A DNA stretch of 64,000 bases from Clostridiales bacterium (GTDB lineage Bacteria; Bacillota; Clostridia; Saccharofermentanales; Saccharofermentanaceae). The position numbers and the translations under genes are program-made. Below are positions 19,006-27,654 of this stretch, in pieces. The notes under the pieces were generated by a model. The model did no database searches and was not told the DNA's origin. It saw only the letters and a list, made by a program, of their open reading frames with translations. Where the stretch lies: assembly GCA_017510605.1 (NCBI GenBank), contig JAFWMQ010000008.1:82234-146233 (forward strand). Direction: 5' to 3'. Position 1 is the first letter of the stretch. Every line of letters starts with the position of its first letter.

Positions 19006-19755
19006 ATGGCACAGCAGAATATTTACGACAATGATAGATTCTATGAGAATTTCAAAGGCTTAAGAAGCGACGGGATCAACTTCAATGACGTTATCGAGAC
19101 GCCAATAATCACCGCAATGCTTCCTGATCTTAAAGATAAGAAGATCCTTGATATCGGCTGCGGAATGGGTCAGCATGCGATGCAATATTCAAAGGCCGGT
19201 GCTTCATCGGTCCTGGGTATTGATATCTCTGAGAAGATGCTTGCATTTGCGTGTGAGAATAATACCGCGGATAACATCACATACCGCAGACTTGCGTTTG
19301 AGGATCTTGAACAGATAGATGAGAAGTTTGATGTAATTACGAGTTCTCTGGCTTTCGATTATTCTGAGGACTTTGCATTGCTTATGAAGAAGATATTTGC
19401 CCTTTTGAACGATGGTGGGCATCTGGTATTCTCGATGTCCCATCCGATCTCGACCGCATATGATGGTGTTTATGACAGATATACGAGAACTGCGGAAGGC
19501 GAGAGGCTCTATGCAAATCTTCACAACTACAGCATAGAGGGAGAGCGTCATTTTAAATGGGTAGTTGATGATTACGAAGTCTATCACCGTAAAATATCGA
19601 CGCTGATCAACAGCATTGCTTCGGCAGGTTTCATCCTTGAAGAATGTCAGGAATCGATGGTGCCGGATGATATCCTTAAAGAGCATCCGGATATGTTCGG
19701 AGGTGTCGTTCACCAGCCGGACTTCATATTTTTCAGGTGCAGAAAAGAAAAATAA
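19006..19755 (+). CDS. Class I SAM-dependent methyltransferase
   Basis: ILDIGCGMG; GIDIS; FDVITSS. Confidence 0.92.
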   Translation: MAQQNIYDNDRFYENFKGLRSDGINFNDVIETPIITAMLPDLKDKKILDIGCGMGQHAMQYSKAGASSVLGIDISEKMLAFACENNTADNITYRRLAFEDLEQIDEKFDVITSSLAFDYSEDFALLMKKIFALLNDGGHLVFSMSHPISTAYDGVYDRYTRTAEGERLYANLHNYSIEGERHFKWVVDDYEVYHRKISTLINSIASAGFILEECQESMVPDDILKEHPDMFGGVVHQPDFIFFRCRKEK

Positions 19756-19781
19756 AGAGGAGCCCTGAGGCTCCTCTTTTT
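19754..19781. terminator. Bidirectional intrinsic terminator
   Basis: AAAGAGGAGCC-ctga-GGCTCCTCTTT(TT) between convergent genes. Confidence 0.88.
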
Positions 19782-19800
19782 CTATCCCTTATTATTCCGT

Positions 19801-20010
19801 TCAATCTTTCCTGTATTCCAATATGTCACCCGGCTGGCAGTCCAGTGCATCGCATATTGCTTCAAGTGTTGAAAACCTTATGGCTGATATCTTGCCGTTT
19901 TTCATTTTCGAGAGGTTGACGTTCGATACGCCGACCTTATCGGATAAATCGTTCAGTGAGATCTTGCGGTCTGCCATTACTCTGTCTAATCTTAATATAA
20001 TCTGTCCCAT
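19801..20010 (-). CDS. XRE/Cro-like HTH regulator (YozG-like)
   Basis: SLNDLSDKVGVSNVNLSKMKNGK...LDCQPGDIL; typical partner of DUF2975. Confidence 0.9.
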   Translation of the reverse strand: MGQIILRLDRVMADRKISLNDLSDKVGVSNVNLSKMKNGKISAIRFSTLEAICDALDCQPGDILEYRKD

Positions 20011-20020
20011 AAGAGCCTCC

Positions 20021-20611
20021 TTACAAAGTCTCGTCTGACTGGATCTGTAAGGTCTTGCCGTAATCGAGGATTGTATTTACTGCCCATGTCATGAGCAGGC
20101 CCAACAATCCAAGCCCTGCGTTTGTCGTGAAGAACAGAAGACCGCTCGATACAATAAGCACGAGGGTTACTCTCTTCCTTATCTTGTCTGTAAAAGGCGT
20201 GTCTTCCTTTTCAATCATTGTAAAGACGGAATTGATCAGCTTAAGCAATACGGCAACGGTCGCTGCAAATATACCCATAGCTAATGTGTAAATACCGTAC
20301 ATTATGCAGTTGGGATGGTCATCTATTGCTTCCTGGAGAGCTGGAATATCTGACTCCAGATCATCTGCATCCGCAAGATCGATGTTAAACAGTTTTGCAC
20401 TTACGAGTTTATCGGTAGTGCTGGCATATCCCGATTCCCGAGCCTCAATGAGCATATCATCAAACTTTCTCCCTGATTGAAAAATCCAAATGCTTGCGAC
20501 CAGGCCTGAGATACAACCAATGACGGCAATGATAAACAGGATGTTCGAAACGACTTTCCCGGCATGACAGCTCTTCTTTATCTTAGCTATCTTTACATTC
20601 TCTTCATTCAT
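20021..20611 (-). CDS. DUF2975-like membrane protein
   Basis: TM helices, DTPFT, C-terminal GKTLQIQSDETL. SD AAGGAG 9 nt before ATG 20611. Confidence 0.82.
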   Translation of the reverse strand: MNEENVKIAKIKKSCHAGKVVSNILFIIAVIGCISGLVASIWIFQSGRKFDDMLIEARESGYASTTDKLVSAKLFNIDLADADDLESDIPALQEAIDDHPNCIMYGIYTLAMGIFAATVAVLLKLINSVFTMIEKEDTPFTDKIRKRVTLVLIVSSGLLFFTTNAGLGLLGLLMTWAVNTILDYGKTLQIQSDETL

Positions 20612-20659
20612 AAATCCAAACTCCTTATGCATTAATCTATCACCTTCGAAGATGGCTTC

Positions 20660-20712
20660 ACTATACTCCGGGAATTAATCTTTGTCAACAAGAAATTAAC
20701 GATAAACGTTAA
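20660..20712 (-). promoter_or_regulatory. Sigma-A promoter and probable XRE operator
   Basis: Minus strand TTGACA (20683-88), 17 nt, TATAGT (20660-65). Palindrome TTAACG-N5-CGTTAA at 20696-20712. Confidence 0.7.
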
Positions 20713-20760
20713 AAATTATTCGAGTAGCGTTGTGGCGGGTTGCTGTGTTCTTCCTGTGCA

Positions 20761-20861
20761 GTTGTATAGCCAATGTTTGGCTGTACCTTACATTTGCAGT
20801 GAAAAAAAGCTGGAAACAGGTCGAAAATTACTGCAATTGTTTGGCATATCCATACAGTTGC
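20761..20861 (+). repeat. 101-bp direct repeat, copy 1 (hairpin-forming)
   Basis: Ungapped manual alignment to 22079..22179 gives 83/101 identical. Confidence 0.93.
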
Positions 20862-21145
20862 AATAACAGTTTTGATACCATCAACATTAATCAGCGTTAT
20901 TGAACGATATAGATAGCTTTTTGAGATCTCCTGCCTGCGAAAGCCAGATGCGGTTAAGTTCGCTAATTGACTTCTCAGATTCAAATCTGACGATGTAATT
21001 GTAAATTTTGCAACAAATGTAAAATTGCCCCCCTGAATTTGAGACTTTTTGAAAAAAGTTGAGACTAGTCTCACGGGTAATGTGAACATAGGGAGTTCAT
21101 AATATATGTGTAAGGAATAATACTTGAAAGCAGGAGGTTGACAAT

Positions 21146-22012
21146 ATGGAAAGAATAATTCTTCCTATGAAAGTGCATGCCGTTAAACTTGAATACAGAA
21201 GACTCATACTTGATAAAATGATTCACGGATATTTTTGCGTAAGGAGAGGGAAGAAGACAGTTGTTATAACTCATGATCCTGAAAACCCTCGTTTTACAAC
21301 AAGGCATCCGAGGTTTCTTTGTATTTCCTCCAAGCTCGGAAAGATATATTCGGAGAAGATCATCAGTTATCTCCGGATCAAGTCCGAATATGATTCTTTA
21401 CTCAACAGTTGGAATGCAACATATTGTATTGCTCCGCCAAGAGTTAATTTCCCGATAAATCAGTATTATGATCCTCACTATATGAATAATGAATACTTCA
21501 ATAATCAAAAGGCGAATCTCGGACATTATGTTCCTGATAATCCGACTTTCAGTGAAGACGGAGAGTTAAAGTCAAAGAACGAATTAATGGCTGCTGGACT
21601 GCTACATCAAATGGGAATTCCGATTAAGTATGAAACTGAGATTTATATAGAAGAAACAGATGAGAAGATAAATCCGGATTATCTTATCAGTTTCTATGAG
21701 ATTGACAGATGTGCATATCTGGAAGTGTTAGGTATGAATGACAAAGGAGATTACGCTGTCAGGACATCTTCTAAGATTAACAGTTACTCAAAGGGTCAGT
21801 ATAGACCTGGCAGGGAAGTGATCTATGTTCATATGTATGATAAGTACAATTTTGACGGCGTATATTTTGTGGAGCAGGTATTATCTGCGTTCGACAGTCT
21901 GATACCTGACAGTGCGTTGGAATGGGATTCTAATCTACGGAATATACAAGTCTCTTCCGCTGAAGAAGTGAACAATCAAACACTTAATGATCAAACAGTA
22001 CCTGCTTGTTGA
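21146..22012 (+). CDS. Hypothetical protein with C-terminal PD-(D/E)XK/Vsr-like nuclease motif
   Basis: LKSKNE...LLHQMGIPIKYE...INPDY...YLEVLGM. SD AGGAGG. Visibly AT-rich relative to neighbours. Confidence 0.65.
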   Translation: MERIILPMKVHAVKLEYRRLILDKMIHGYFCVRRGKKTVVITHDPENPRFTTRHPRFLCISSKLGKIYSEKIISYLRIKSEYDSLLNSWNATYCIAPPRVNFPINQYYDPHYMNNEYFNNQKANLGHYVPDNPTFSEDGELKSKNELMAAGLLHQMGIPIKYETEIYIEETDEKINPDYLISFYEIDRCAYLEVLGMNDKGDYAVRTSSKINSYSKGQYRPGREVIYVHMYDKYNFDGVYFVEQVLSAFDSLIPDSALEWDSNLRNIQVSSAEEVNNQTLNDQTVPAC

Positions 22013-22078
22013 GAAGTGAGGAGTTATTGTATTTGTGATGGTAAAGCAGGGCCGATGATGCTATGAAGTTTGAGCCTG

Positions 22079-22179
22079 GTTGTATAGCAAATGTTCGGCA
22101 GTGCCTTATATTTGCAGTGAAAAACAGTCGAAAAGAGATTAAAAATCACTGCAGCTGTTCGGCATAGCCATACAGTTGC
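22079..22179 (+). repeat. 101-bp direct repeat, copy 2
   Basis: Same length as copy 1, with identical GTTGTATAGC and CATACAGTTGC ends. Confidence 0.93.
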
Positions 22180-22215
22180 CGTGACAGAATTCATTAAGTC
22201 AGTTTTATAATGTTC

Positions 22216-22932
22216 TCACTTCCACGGTCTGGCCTTGCCGATCCAGCCGTTGGCTTTCCAATACTTATAATCGGTATATTCCGGATTGTCTTTCCCCAGC
22301 TTTGTCTGAAGTATGCGGCAGGCATAGAATTTGCACTTTGCCATAATGCCGGCGTGAGCAGGCTTTCCGTAATCGATGAGCGCGAACTTGCGGGCAGTCT
22401 TTGCTATGCTTTTTAACATTGAAGAGCGTTTTTTCTCCGGAAGCTTATCCCAGACTATTTCTCCCATGAGCTTATAACTGCACTTTTTGATATAGCTTAC
22501 ACCCCACCAGGAGAGGCTGTCCTTTATGTCTTTGGCGGTAGAGTTTTCTCCTGAACCGAGACATTGCGTGATGATGACGGCGCGCTTTCCGAACATCTCT
22601 TTGGCCGGGCGGTGAGGCATCCATCTGTAGCCGAAATGATCGAGCATTGCCTTCATAGCGCCTGTAGCATGGAACACATATGCCGGGGAAGTAAATACGA
22701 AAAGATCAGCTTCCAGCAGCGCCTTTTCTATCGGCTGGACATAGCATGCATCCTTGCATAATTCCGGTTCTTTCCTGAAGCATGTCGTGCATCCTGAGCA
22801 GAAGCCCGGACAGTCTTTTGGAAGATAGAATTCCGTTATTTCCGCCTTGCCTCTGAAAGGTTCAAGAAATGCTTCTTTGAGCCTGTATGTGACGCCTCTT
22901 TTTTCTGTTCCGTTTATTACTGTTATCTTCAT
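22216..22932 (-). CDS. Flavodoxin-like NADPH-dependent FMN reductase family protein (Fe-S flavoprotein-like)
   Basis: ITVINGTEKRGVT; CSGCTTC; FTSPAYVFH. Confidence 0.85.
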   Translation of the reverse strand: MKITVINGTEKRGVTYRLKEAFLEPFRGKAEITEFYLPKDCPGFCSGCTTCFRKEPELCKDACYVQPIEKALLEADLFVFTSPAYVFHATGAMKAMLDHFGYRWMPHRPAKEMFGKRAVIITQCLGSGENSTAKDIKDSLSWWGVSYIKKCSYKLMGEIVWDKLPEKKRSSMLKSIAKTARKFALIDYGKPAHAGIMAKCKFYACRILQTKLGKDNPEYTDYKYWKANGWIGKARPWK

Positions 22933-22956
22933 ATCCAGCTCCGGTGTTCTCGAAAA

Positions 22957-23652
22957 TCAGGCAGCCTTCCAGGGCCTTGTCTTGCCGAGCCAGCCCTGAT
23001 CCTGCCAATACTTTTTCTCTTCTTCTCCTGCGCCCATCCCTTTGTTCTGCATCATGCGCATCATGGAAAAGAGGAAGCGCGTCTTTATTCCTGCACGGAC
23101 ACTCGAAGTTTTGAGCTTTTTAGCAAGTGCTGCCATGTCTTTATTTATCTTTTCCTTGAGTTCAGGCTTTACCTGGTCCCAATTTGCGGCCTGAATAGCT
23201 TTGCCGTAACTCTTTATGTACGGAATGCCCCAATAGAGAAGCGTATTTGTAACGTCTTTTACGGCCGATTTTGCGCCTGCTCCTGCAGCGGTCGAGATGA
23301 CGACGGCCTTTTTGGAGAACATGGATGCGCGCGGTTTATGAGACATCCAATAGGTGAAGGTGAGATCGATAAATGCCTTCATCGGAGCAGATGAGCGCAT
23401 GCAGTAGGTAGGCGTGGTAAAGATGAGAATATCTGATCTTTCTACCACATCCATAATCCGTTTTTTCTCATCGAAATATGGGCACAGCGATTCGTCTTTT
23501 ATGCAGCTGCAGCAACCCGAACAGAAATGATTTAAGTCCCTCGGCAGAAAGAATTCGTGAACCTCATTCTCTCCCAGGTTATCAACAAGGATCTTTCCGA
23601 TGTTATATGTGCTGCCTTTATGATTCTGTCCGTTAATAACAGTAATGATCAT
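22957..23652 (-). CDS. Flavodoxin-like FMN reductase family protein, tandem paralog
   Basis: ITVINGQNHKGST; CSGCCSC; TTPTY. Shares the GWxGKxRPWK end with its neighbour. Confidence 0.85.
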   Translation of the reverse strand: MIITVINGQNHKGSTYNIGKILVDNLGENEVHEFFLPRDLNHFCSGCCSCIKDESLCPYFDEKKRIMDVVERSDILIFTTPTYCMRSSAPMKAFIDLTFTYWMSHKPRASMFSKKAVVISTAAGAGAKSAVKDVTNTLLYWGIPYIKSYGKAIQAANWDQVKPELKEKINKDMAALAKKLKTSSVRAGIKTRFLFSMMRMMQNKGMGAGEEEKKYWQDQGWLGKTRPWKAA

Positions 23653-24269
23653 CAGCTGTTCCTCCCGTAAAGTCTGTCGAACTGTTTGATATGCCCGTCC
23701 AGCAATTTCAGCGCTTCAGGTTCCCTGTCAGGTTCCCTGTCGCAGATGGTCATCAGATAGTAGATCGGTGCGTAGAAGTGCAGTGTCATGATCTGAACGT
23801 TATCTGTCTTCAAAACGCCTGCCGTTACCATGAATCCGAAAAGCATTCCCTGATAAGAAAGCGGATCATCAACATAAAGTTTTGAATAGACTTTTGCGAG
23901 TTCCATATCGTGGAACTGCTCTAATGTAAGCATCTTTCTGAACTTTTTGTTGTAATCATCGTGAAGATAGTAGAGGAAGAATTCGCGTCCGAGCTTCAGC
24001 AGCCGGTCTTCGGAAAGGCTCTTATAGATCCCTGCATCTGCTGCAGCATCAGTACCATTTATCTGCATGGCTTTTGCCTGTTCTTCGAATCTGCGGTTCA
24101 TTTCTTCAATGATCGCATCGAAGATCGCCCTCTTATTCTTATAGTGCTTATAAAGTGACGGCGCCTTGATCCCCACGCGGTCGGCTATGTCACCGACAAA
24201 GACATTGGCATATCCTTTCTCAGAGAAAAGTGTAAGAGCTTCGTCAAGTATCCGTTGTTTGGTATTCAT
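23652..24269 (-). CDS. TetR/AcrR family regulator
   Basis: RILDEALTLFSEKGY...IADRVGIKAPSLYKHY. Confidence 0.93.
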   Translation of the reverse strand: MNTKQRILDEALTLFSEKGYANVFVGDIADRVGIKAPSLYKHYKNKRAIFDAIIEEMNRRFEEQAKAMQINGTDAAADAGIYKSLSEDRLLKLGREFFLYYLHDDYNKKFRKMLTLEQFHDMELAKVYSKLYVDDPLSYQGMLFGFMVTAGVLKTDNVQIMTLHFYAPIYYLMTICDREPDREPEALKLLDGHIKQFDRLYGRNS

Positions 24270-24295
24270 ATTGTCCTCTCATAATTATTTTCGAG

Positions 24296-24346
24296 TTGGC
24301 TAATTCGAATTAGCCAAAGTATAGCTAATCTGAATTAGCTTGTCAA
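24296..24346 (-). promoter_or_regulatory. Sigma-A promoter with two TetR-type operators
   Basis: Minus strand TTGACA (24341-46), 17 nt, TATACT (24318-23). Perfect 22-bp palindrome TTGGCTAATTCGAATTAGCCAA (24296-317) and AGCTAAT-N4-ATTAGCT (24323-340). Confidence 0.85.
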
Positions 24347-24491
24347 GAACCGTTTTTGTTTTCTGTAAAATATTCGTCGTATTTTTCACTTTTGAATTCG
24401 AAAAAGTTATAATAAATAGAATGGAATGAGCGGACATAAGAGGATTATCAAATTGCCTGCTTCCCTAAGTGAATAACGGAGGATAAGAAAA

Positions 24492-24917
24492 ATGGAAAAC
24501 AACGAGAACAATAATCAGCAGACGCAGTATCAGCCGGTTCAGCCGCAGTATCAGCAGGTGCAGCCGGGATACCAGTATCCGCAGCAGTATCAATATCAGC
24601 GGTTCGATCCAAACTATGCTGTTTTAGTAAAGGATTTTCTTACTAAGGCGATAGTTTCATGTGCGATATCGTCGCTCCCTATTGGAAGCATCATAGCGCT
24701 TAACATGGCAACTAAAAACAGAAAAGCGCTTCTTGAATACCTGGATAAAGGCGGACTTCACACTGAGAAGATCAAAGTGTGCTCAGCTCTGAGCCGCGGC
24801 GGACGTTATGCCGGAATCGGTTTCACGATATTCTGGGGCATATATATGATCTACTTCGCCATCTGGACGGTAGCTACCATTGTTGCTGTTATTGCGGGAA
24901 TTTCGGGTCAGATATGA
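24492..24917 (+). CDS. Hypothetical membrane protein with Q/P/Y-rich N-terminus
   Basis: QYQPVQPQYQQ repeats, two hydrophobic segments, SD GGAGG. Confidence 0.75.
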   Translation: MENNENNNQQTQYQPVQPQYQQVQPGYQYPQQYQYQRFDPNYAVLVKDFLTKAIVSCAISSLPIGSIIALNMATKNRKALLEYLDKGGLHTEKIKVCSALSRGGRYAGIGFTIFWGIYMIYFAIWTVATIVAVIAGISGQI

Positions 24918-25147
24918 AGTCATTACTGATCAAGGATACGACAAGAGAAGAACGCGAAAAGATCGTTGCCGGATCCATCGGTTATATCGATGGATCCTGT
25001 GACGGCTGCATGGCAGGACTGGCCGAGATGTATCAGGATTATATTGATGGTAAGCGCGAGATAAAAGATATCAACATGTCCTTTAAAGCTTCATATGAAT
25101 CCGGTCTGGACGGGCCGGCCAAAAGCGGATGCGGTTACGCTGATTAA
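24914..25147 (+). CDS. Small uncharacterised CxxC protein (77 aa)
   Basis: MKSLLIKDTTREERE...SCDGC...YQDYIDG; ATGA overlap with the upstream stop. Confidence 0.7.
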   Translation: MKSLLIKDTTREEREKIVAGSIGYIDGSCDGCMAGLAEMYQDYIDGKREIKDINMSFKASYESGLDGPAKSGCGYAD

Positions 25148-25165
25148 TCGGGAATTAAGACGGAT

Positions 25166-25582
25166 ATGATCATAAAACGCATCAGTGAAGAAGACAGCAG
25201 GATAGGTGAATTTATCCATGAAGAATTCGTCTTCTACGGCAAACAGAATGAAGTGGAACTTAACTACGATGAGTTCTGTTTTGTTGCCGAGAATGATGAC
25301 GGAAAGATAGCCGGAGTTATCACAGGGCGTGCTTACTATAATGAAGTTCATATCGGCGATCTGATCGTTGACAGGAACTTTAGAAGAAGCGGCATCGGCC
25401 GTATGCTCGTCGGAACTGTTGAAGATCAGTACAGAGGAAAAGGATACGATAAGATAACTCTCACGACATTCGGTTTCCAGGCTCCTGAGTTTTATAAAAA
25501 ACTCGGATACGAACTTGAATTTATCCGTGAGGATAAAGATCCTAAACTCTGCAAGTATTTCCTGGCAAAGACACTGAACTGA
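25166..25582 (+). CDS. GNAT N-acetyltransferase
   Basis: LIVDRNFRRSGIG; TFGFQAPEFYKKLGY. Confidence 0.9.
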   Translation: MIIKRISEEDSRIGEFIHEEFVFYGKQNEVELNYDEFCFVAENDDGKIAGVITGRAYYNEVHIGDLIVDRNFRRSGIGRMLVGTVEDQYRGKGYDKITLTTFGFQAPEFYKKLGYELEFIREDKDPKLCKYFLAKTLN

Positions 25583-25606
25583 TCTATTTCTTTCGGGAAG
25601 GAATTT

Positions 25607-26236
25607 ATGAATAATCCGTGGGAAGATATCAGACTGGATGATTATGAGAATCACATGAAGCTTGATTCCGTAATGCAGCTACAGACTATGAATTCCATGA
25701 TGAAGGATCAGTTCGGAGCTTATCCTGTAAAGACTGCGATGGTGCTTGGAGTTGCAGGTGGAAACGGCCTGGAGCATATCTGCCCTGAAAAGTATCAGAA
25801 AGTGTATGGTGTTGATATCAACGGGGATTATCTTTGCGCGGTAAAAGAAAGGTATAGTGATCTGTCTGATATATTGATTTGTCTTAAGATAGATCTGATA
25901 AAAGAAGCGGATAAACTTCCTCATGCGGATCTGGTGATCGCAAATCTTCTGGTCGAATATACCGGTTATGATGCATTTGTTTCGGCAATTCGGAAAGTTG
26001 ATCCTTCATATGTATCCTGCGTGATCCAGATCAATACGGATGAAGCACAGTGGGTATCTGATTCGCCGTATCTTCATGCATTTGACAGACTTGACGAAGT
26101 GCATCACCAAATGGAAGAGAATGCTCTTACTGATTCAATGTCTGATGCAGGATACGCGAAAATATTGCATAGCAGGGAAATGCTGCCAAACGGTAAGGCT
26201 CTTGAAAGGATGGATTATCGGAAAAATGATCTGTGA
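25607..26236 (+). CDS. Class I SAM-dependent methyltransferase
   Basis: MVLGVAGGNG; GVDIN; ADLVIANL. Confidence 0.8.
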   Translation: MNNPWEDIRLDDYENHMKLDSVMQLQTMNSMMKDQFGAYPVKTAMVLGVAGGNGLEHICPEKYQKVYGVDINGDYLCAVKERYSDLSDILICLKIDLIKEADKLPHADLVIANLLVEYTGYDAFVSAIRKVDPSYVSCVIQINTDEAQWVSDSPYLHAFDRLDEVHHQMEENALTDSMSDAGYAKILHSREMLPNGKALERMDYRKNDL

Positions 26237-26987
26237 ACTGAAAGACACTTCTAAAGTCATAAGTATTTTCGACGGGTGGGAAGAAACGCTGATATGGTCG
26301 TGCCTTCAGAACGTCATGGGTAAGGTCTTCGTAACCGATAGCGAAACACCTGAGTCAGCCATGGCCTTTGTCGGCTGTTTCGCTTTTCTCGCGGGAGTGC
26401 CTGATAAAGATCTGGTTTTGGGTAAGCCTGAAGGTTTTGTGATTATGGTGCCTCAGAATGATGCATGGTCTTCACTTATCGAAGAGTGCTACCCGGATGC
26501 GAAAAAGAGAACGCGTTATGCGATAAAGAAAGACACTGAGTTCGATGTGAGTTTTCTTGAGAAAACAGTCTCCGGACTACCTGACGGATATGAATTACGA
26601 AAGATAGATTCTCATCTATATGATCTTTGCCAGAAGGATCCGGTTACAAATGACTTCGTTTCTGCTTTCGGCAGCAAGGAGAAATACTTGGAACTCGGGC
26701 GCGGCATGCTTATCCTGAAGGATGGAAAGATCGTGTCAGGAGCTTCATCTTATACAAGATATAAAGAAGGAATTGAGATCGAAGTTGATACTGTCCCTGA
26801 AGAAAGACGCAAAGGACTTGCGATGATCGCGTGTGCCGCACTTATTCTTAACTGTCTTAATGAAGGTCTCTATCCCAGCTGGGATGCACAGAACATGAAT
26901 TCGGTTCATATGGCTGAGAAATTAGGTTATGAATTCTATCATGAATATACGGCTTATGAGGTTGCGCCGGAGTGCAGGACCCATTGA
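26226..26987 (+). CDS. GNAT family acetyltransferase (GNAT_acetyltran type)
   Basis: IEIEVDTVPEERRKGLA; YPSWDAQNMNSVHMAEKLGY. Start reset to ATG 26226. Confidence 0.88.
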   Translation: MICELKDTSKVISIFDGWEETLIWSCLQNVMGKVFVTDSETPESAMAFVGCFAFLAGVPDKDLVLGKPEGFVIMVPQNDAWSSLIEECYPDAKKRTRYAIKKDTEFDVSFLEKTVSGLPDGYELRKIDSHLYDLCQKDPVTNDFVSAFGSKEKYLELGRGMLILKDGKIVSGASSYTRYKEGIEIEVDTVPEERRKGLAMIACAALILNCLNEGLYPSWDAQNMNSVHMAEKLGYEFYHEYTAYEVAPECRTH

Positions 26988-27034
26988 CAATCTAACGACT
27001 GTTAGATAAAATCTCTCTAACAATCGTTAGAGAG
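26984..27034 (+). promoter_or_regulatory. Sigma-A promoter with two TetR-type operators
   Basis: TTGACA (26984-89), 17 nt, TAAAAT (27007-12). Palindromes TCTAAC-N4-GTTAGA (26991-27006) and CTCTCTAAC-N4-GTTAGAGAG (27013-34). Confidence 0.85.
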
Positions 27035-27048
27035 GCGGTTTCCGGATA

Positions 27049-27654
27049 ATGAATACAAAAGAAAAGATCATGGATGTGGCGCTGCACATGTTCTCGGAGA
27101 GGGGATATGAGGCAGTCTCTATAAGGGATATCTGCGGGGAAGTCGGCATCAAGGAGAGTACGCTTTATTATCATTTTAAGAATAAGAAGGACATACTCGA
27201 TTCGCTTATTGAAAAGTTCAGAAATCACATCGACGGACTCCTCGGCCATATCGATGAGATACCGGGTGATGGCAAGCAGATGAAAGTCAAAAAGAACGAT
27301 ATTGCTTCCTCGAAGATCATGGATACATACATGATGGACAGTTACCTTTTCGATCCGTTCTGCAACCTCATGATACGTCTCATGATGATCGAGCAGTTCC
27401 ATAATGAAGACATACGCGCGCTCTATGAGAAGACCCTTTTTACGGATCCATATGAGATCTACATGAATGTGTTCAGGAGACTGGCAAAGCAGGGAGCTTT
27501 TCCGAAAGAACAGGCTGAGAACATAGTGCGTCAGTATCATGCTTACATGACGATGCTGACATTCAAATATCTGCTTAACGGTGAACTTACCGAGGCACGG
27601 AAAAAAGCCTATGCAAAAGAGGTCCATTCATTGATGGGCGGATTTAATCCATGA
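27049..27654 (+). CDS. TetR/AcrR family regulator
   Basis: KIMDVALHMFSERGYEAVSIRDICGEVGIKESTLYYHF. Confidence 0.93.
   Translation: MNTKEKIMDVALHMFSERGYEAVSIRDICGEVGIKESTLYYHFKNKKDILDSLIEKFRNHIDGLLGHIDEIPGDGKQMKVKKNDIASSKIMDTYMMDSYLFDPFCNLMIRLMMIEQFHNEDIRALYEKTLFTDPYEIYMNVFRRLAKQGAFPKEQAENIVRQYHAYMTMLTFKYLLNGELTEARKKAYAKEVHSLMGGFNP

Noticed and set aside
14034-19755. Integron cassette array
   Set aside because: No attC-like spacers between most genes and no IntI in the window.
20709-21089. 126-aa minus-strand ORF across repeat copy 1
   Set aside because: No SD or recognisable motif, and it runs through repeat and promoter DNA; probably spurious.
20761-22179. Classical IS or composite transposon
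   Set aside because: The flanks are direct, not inverted; there is no DDE, HUH or recombinase motif in the enclosed ORF and no evident target-site duplication.
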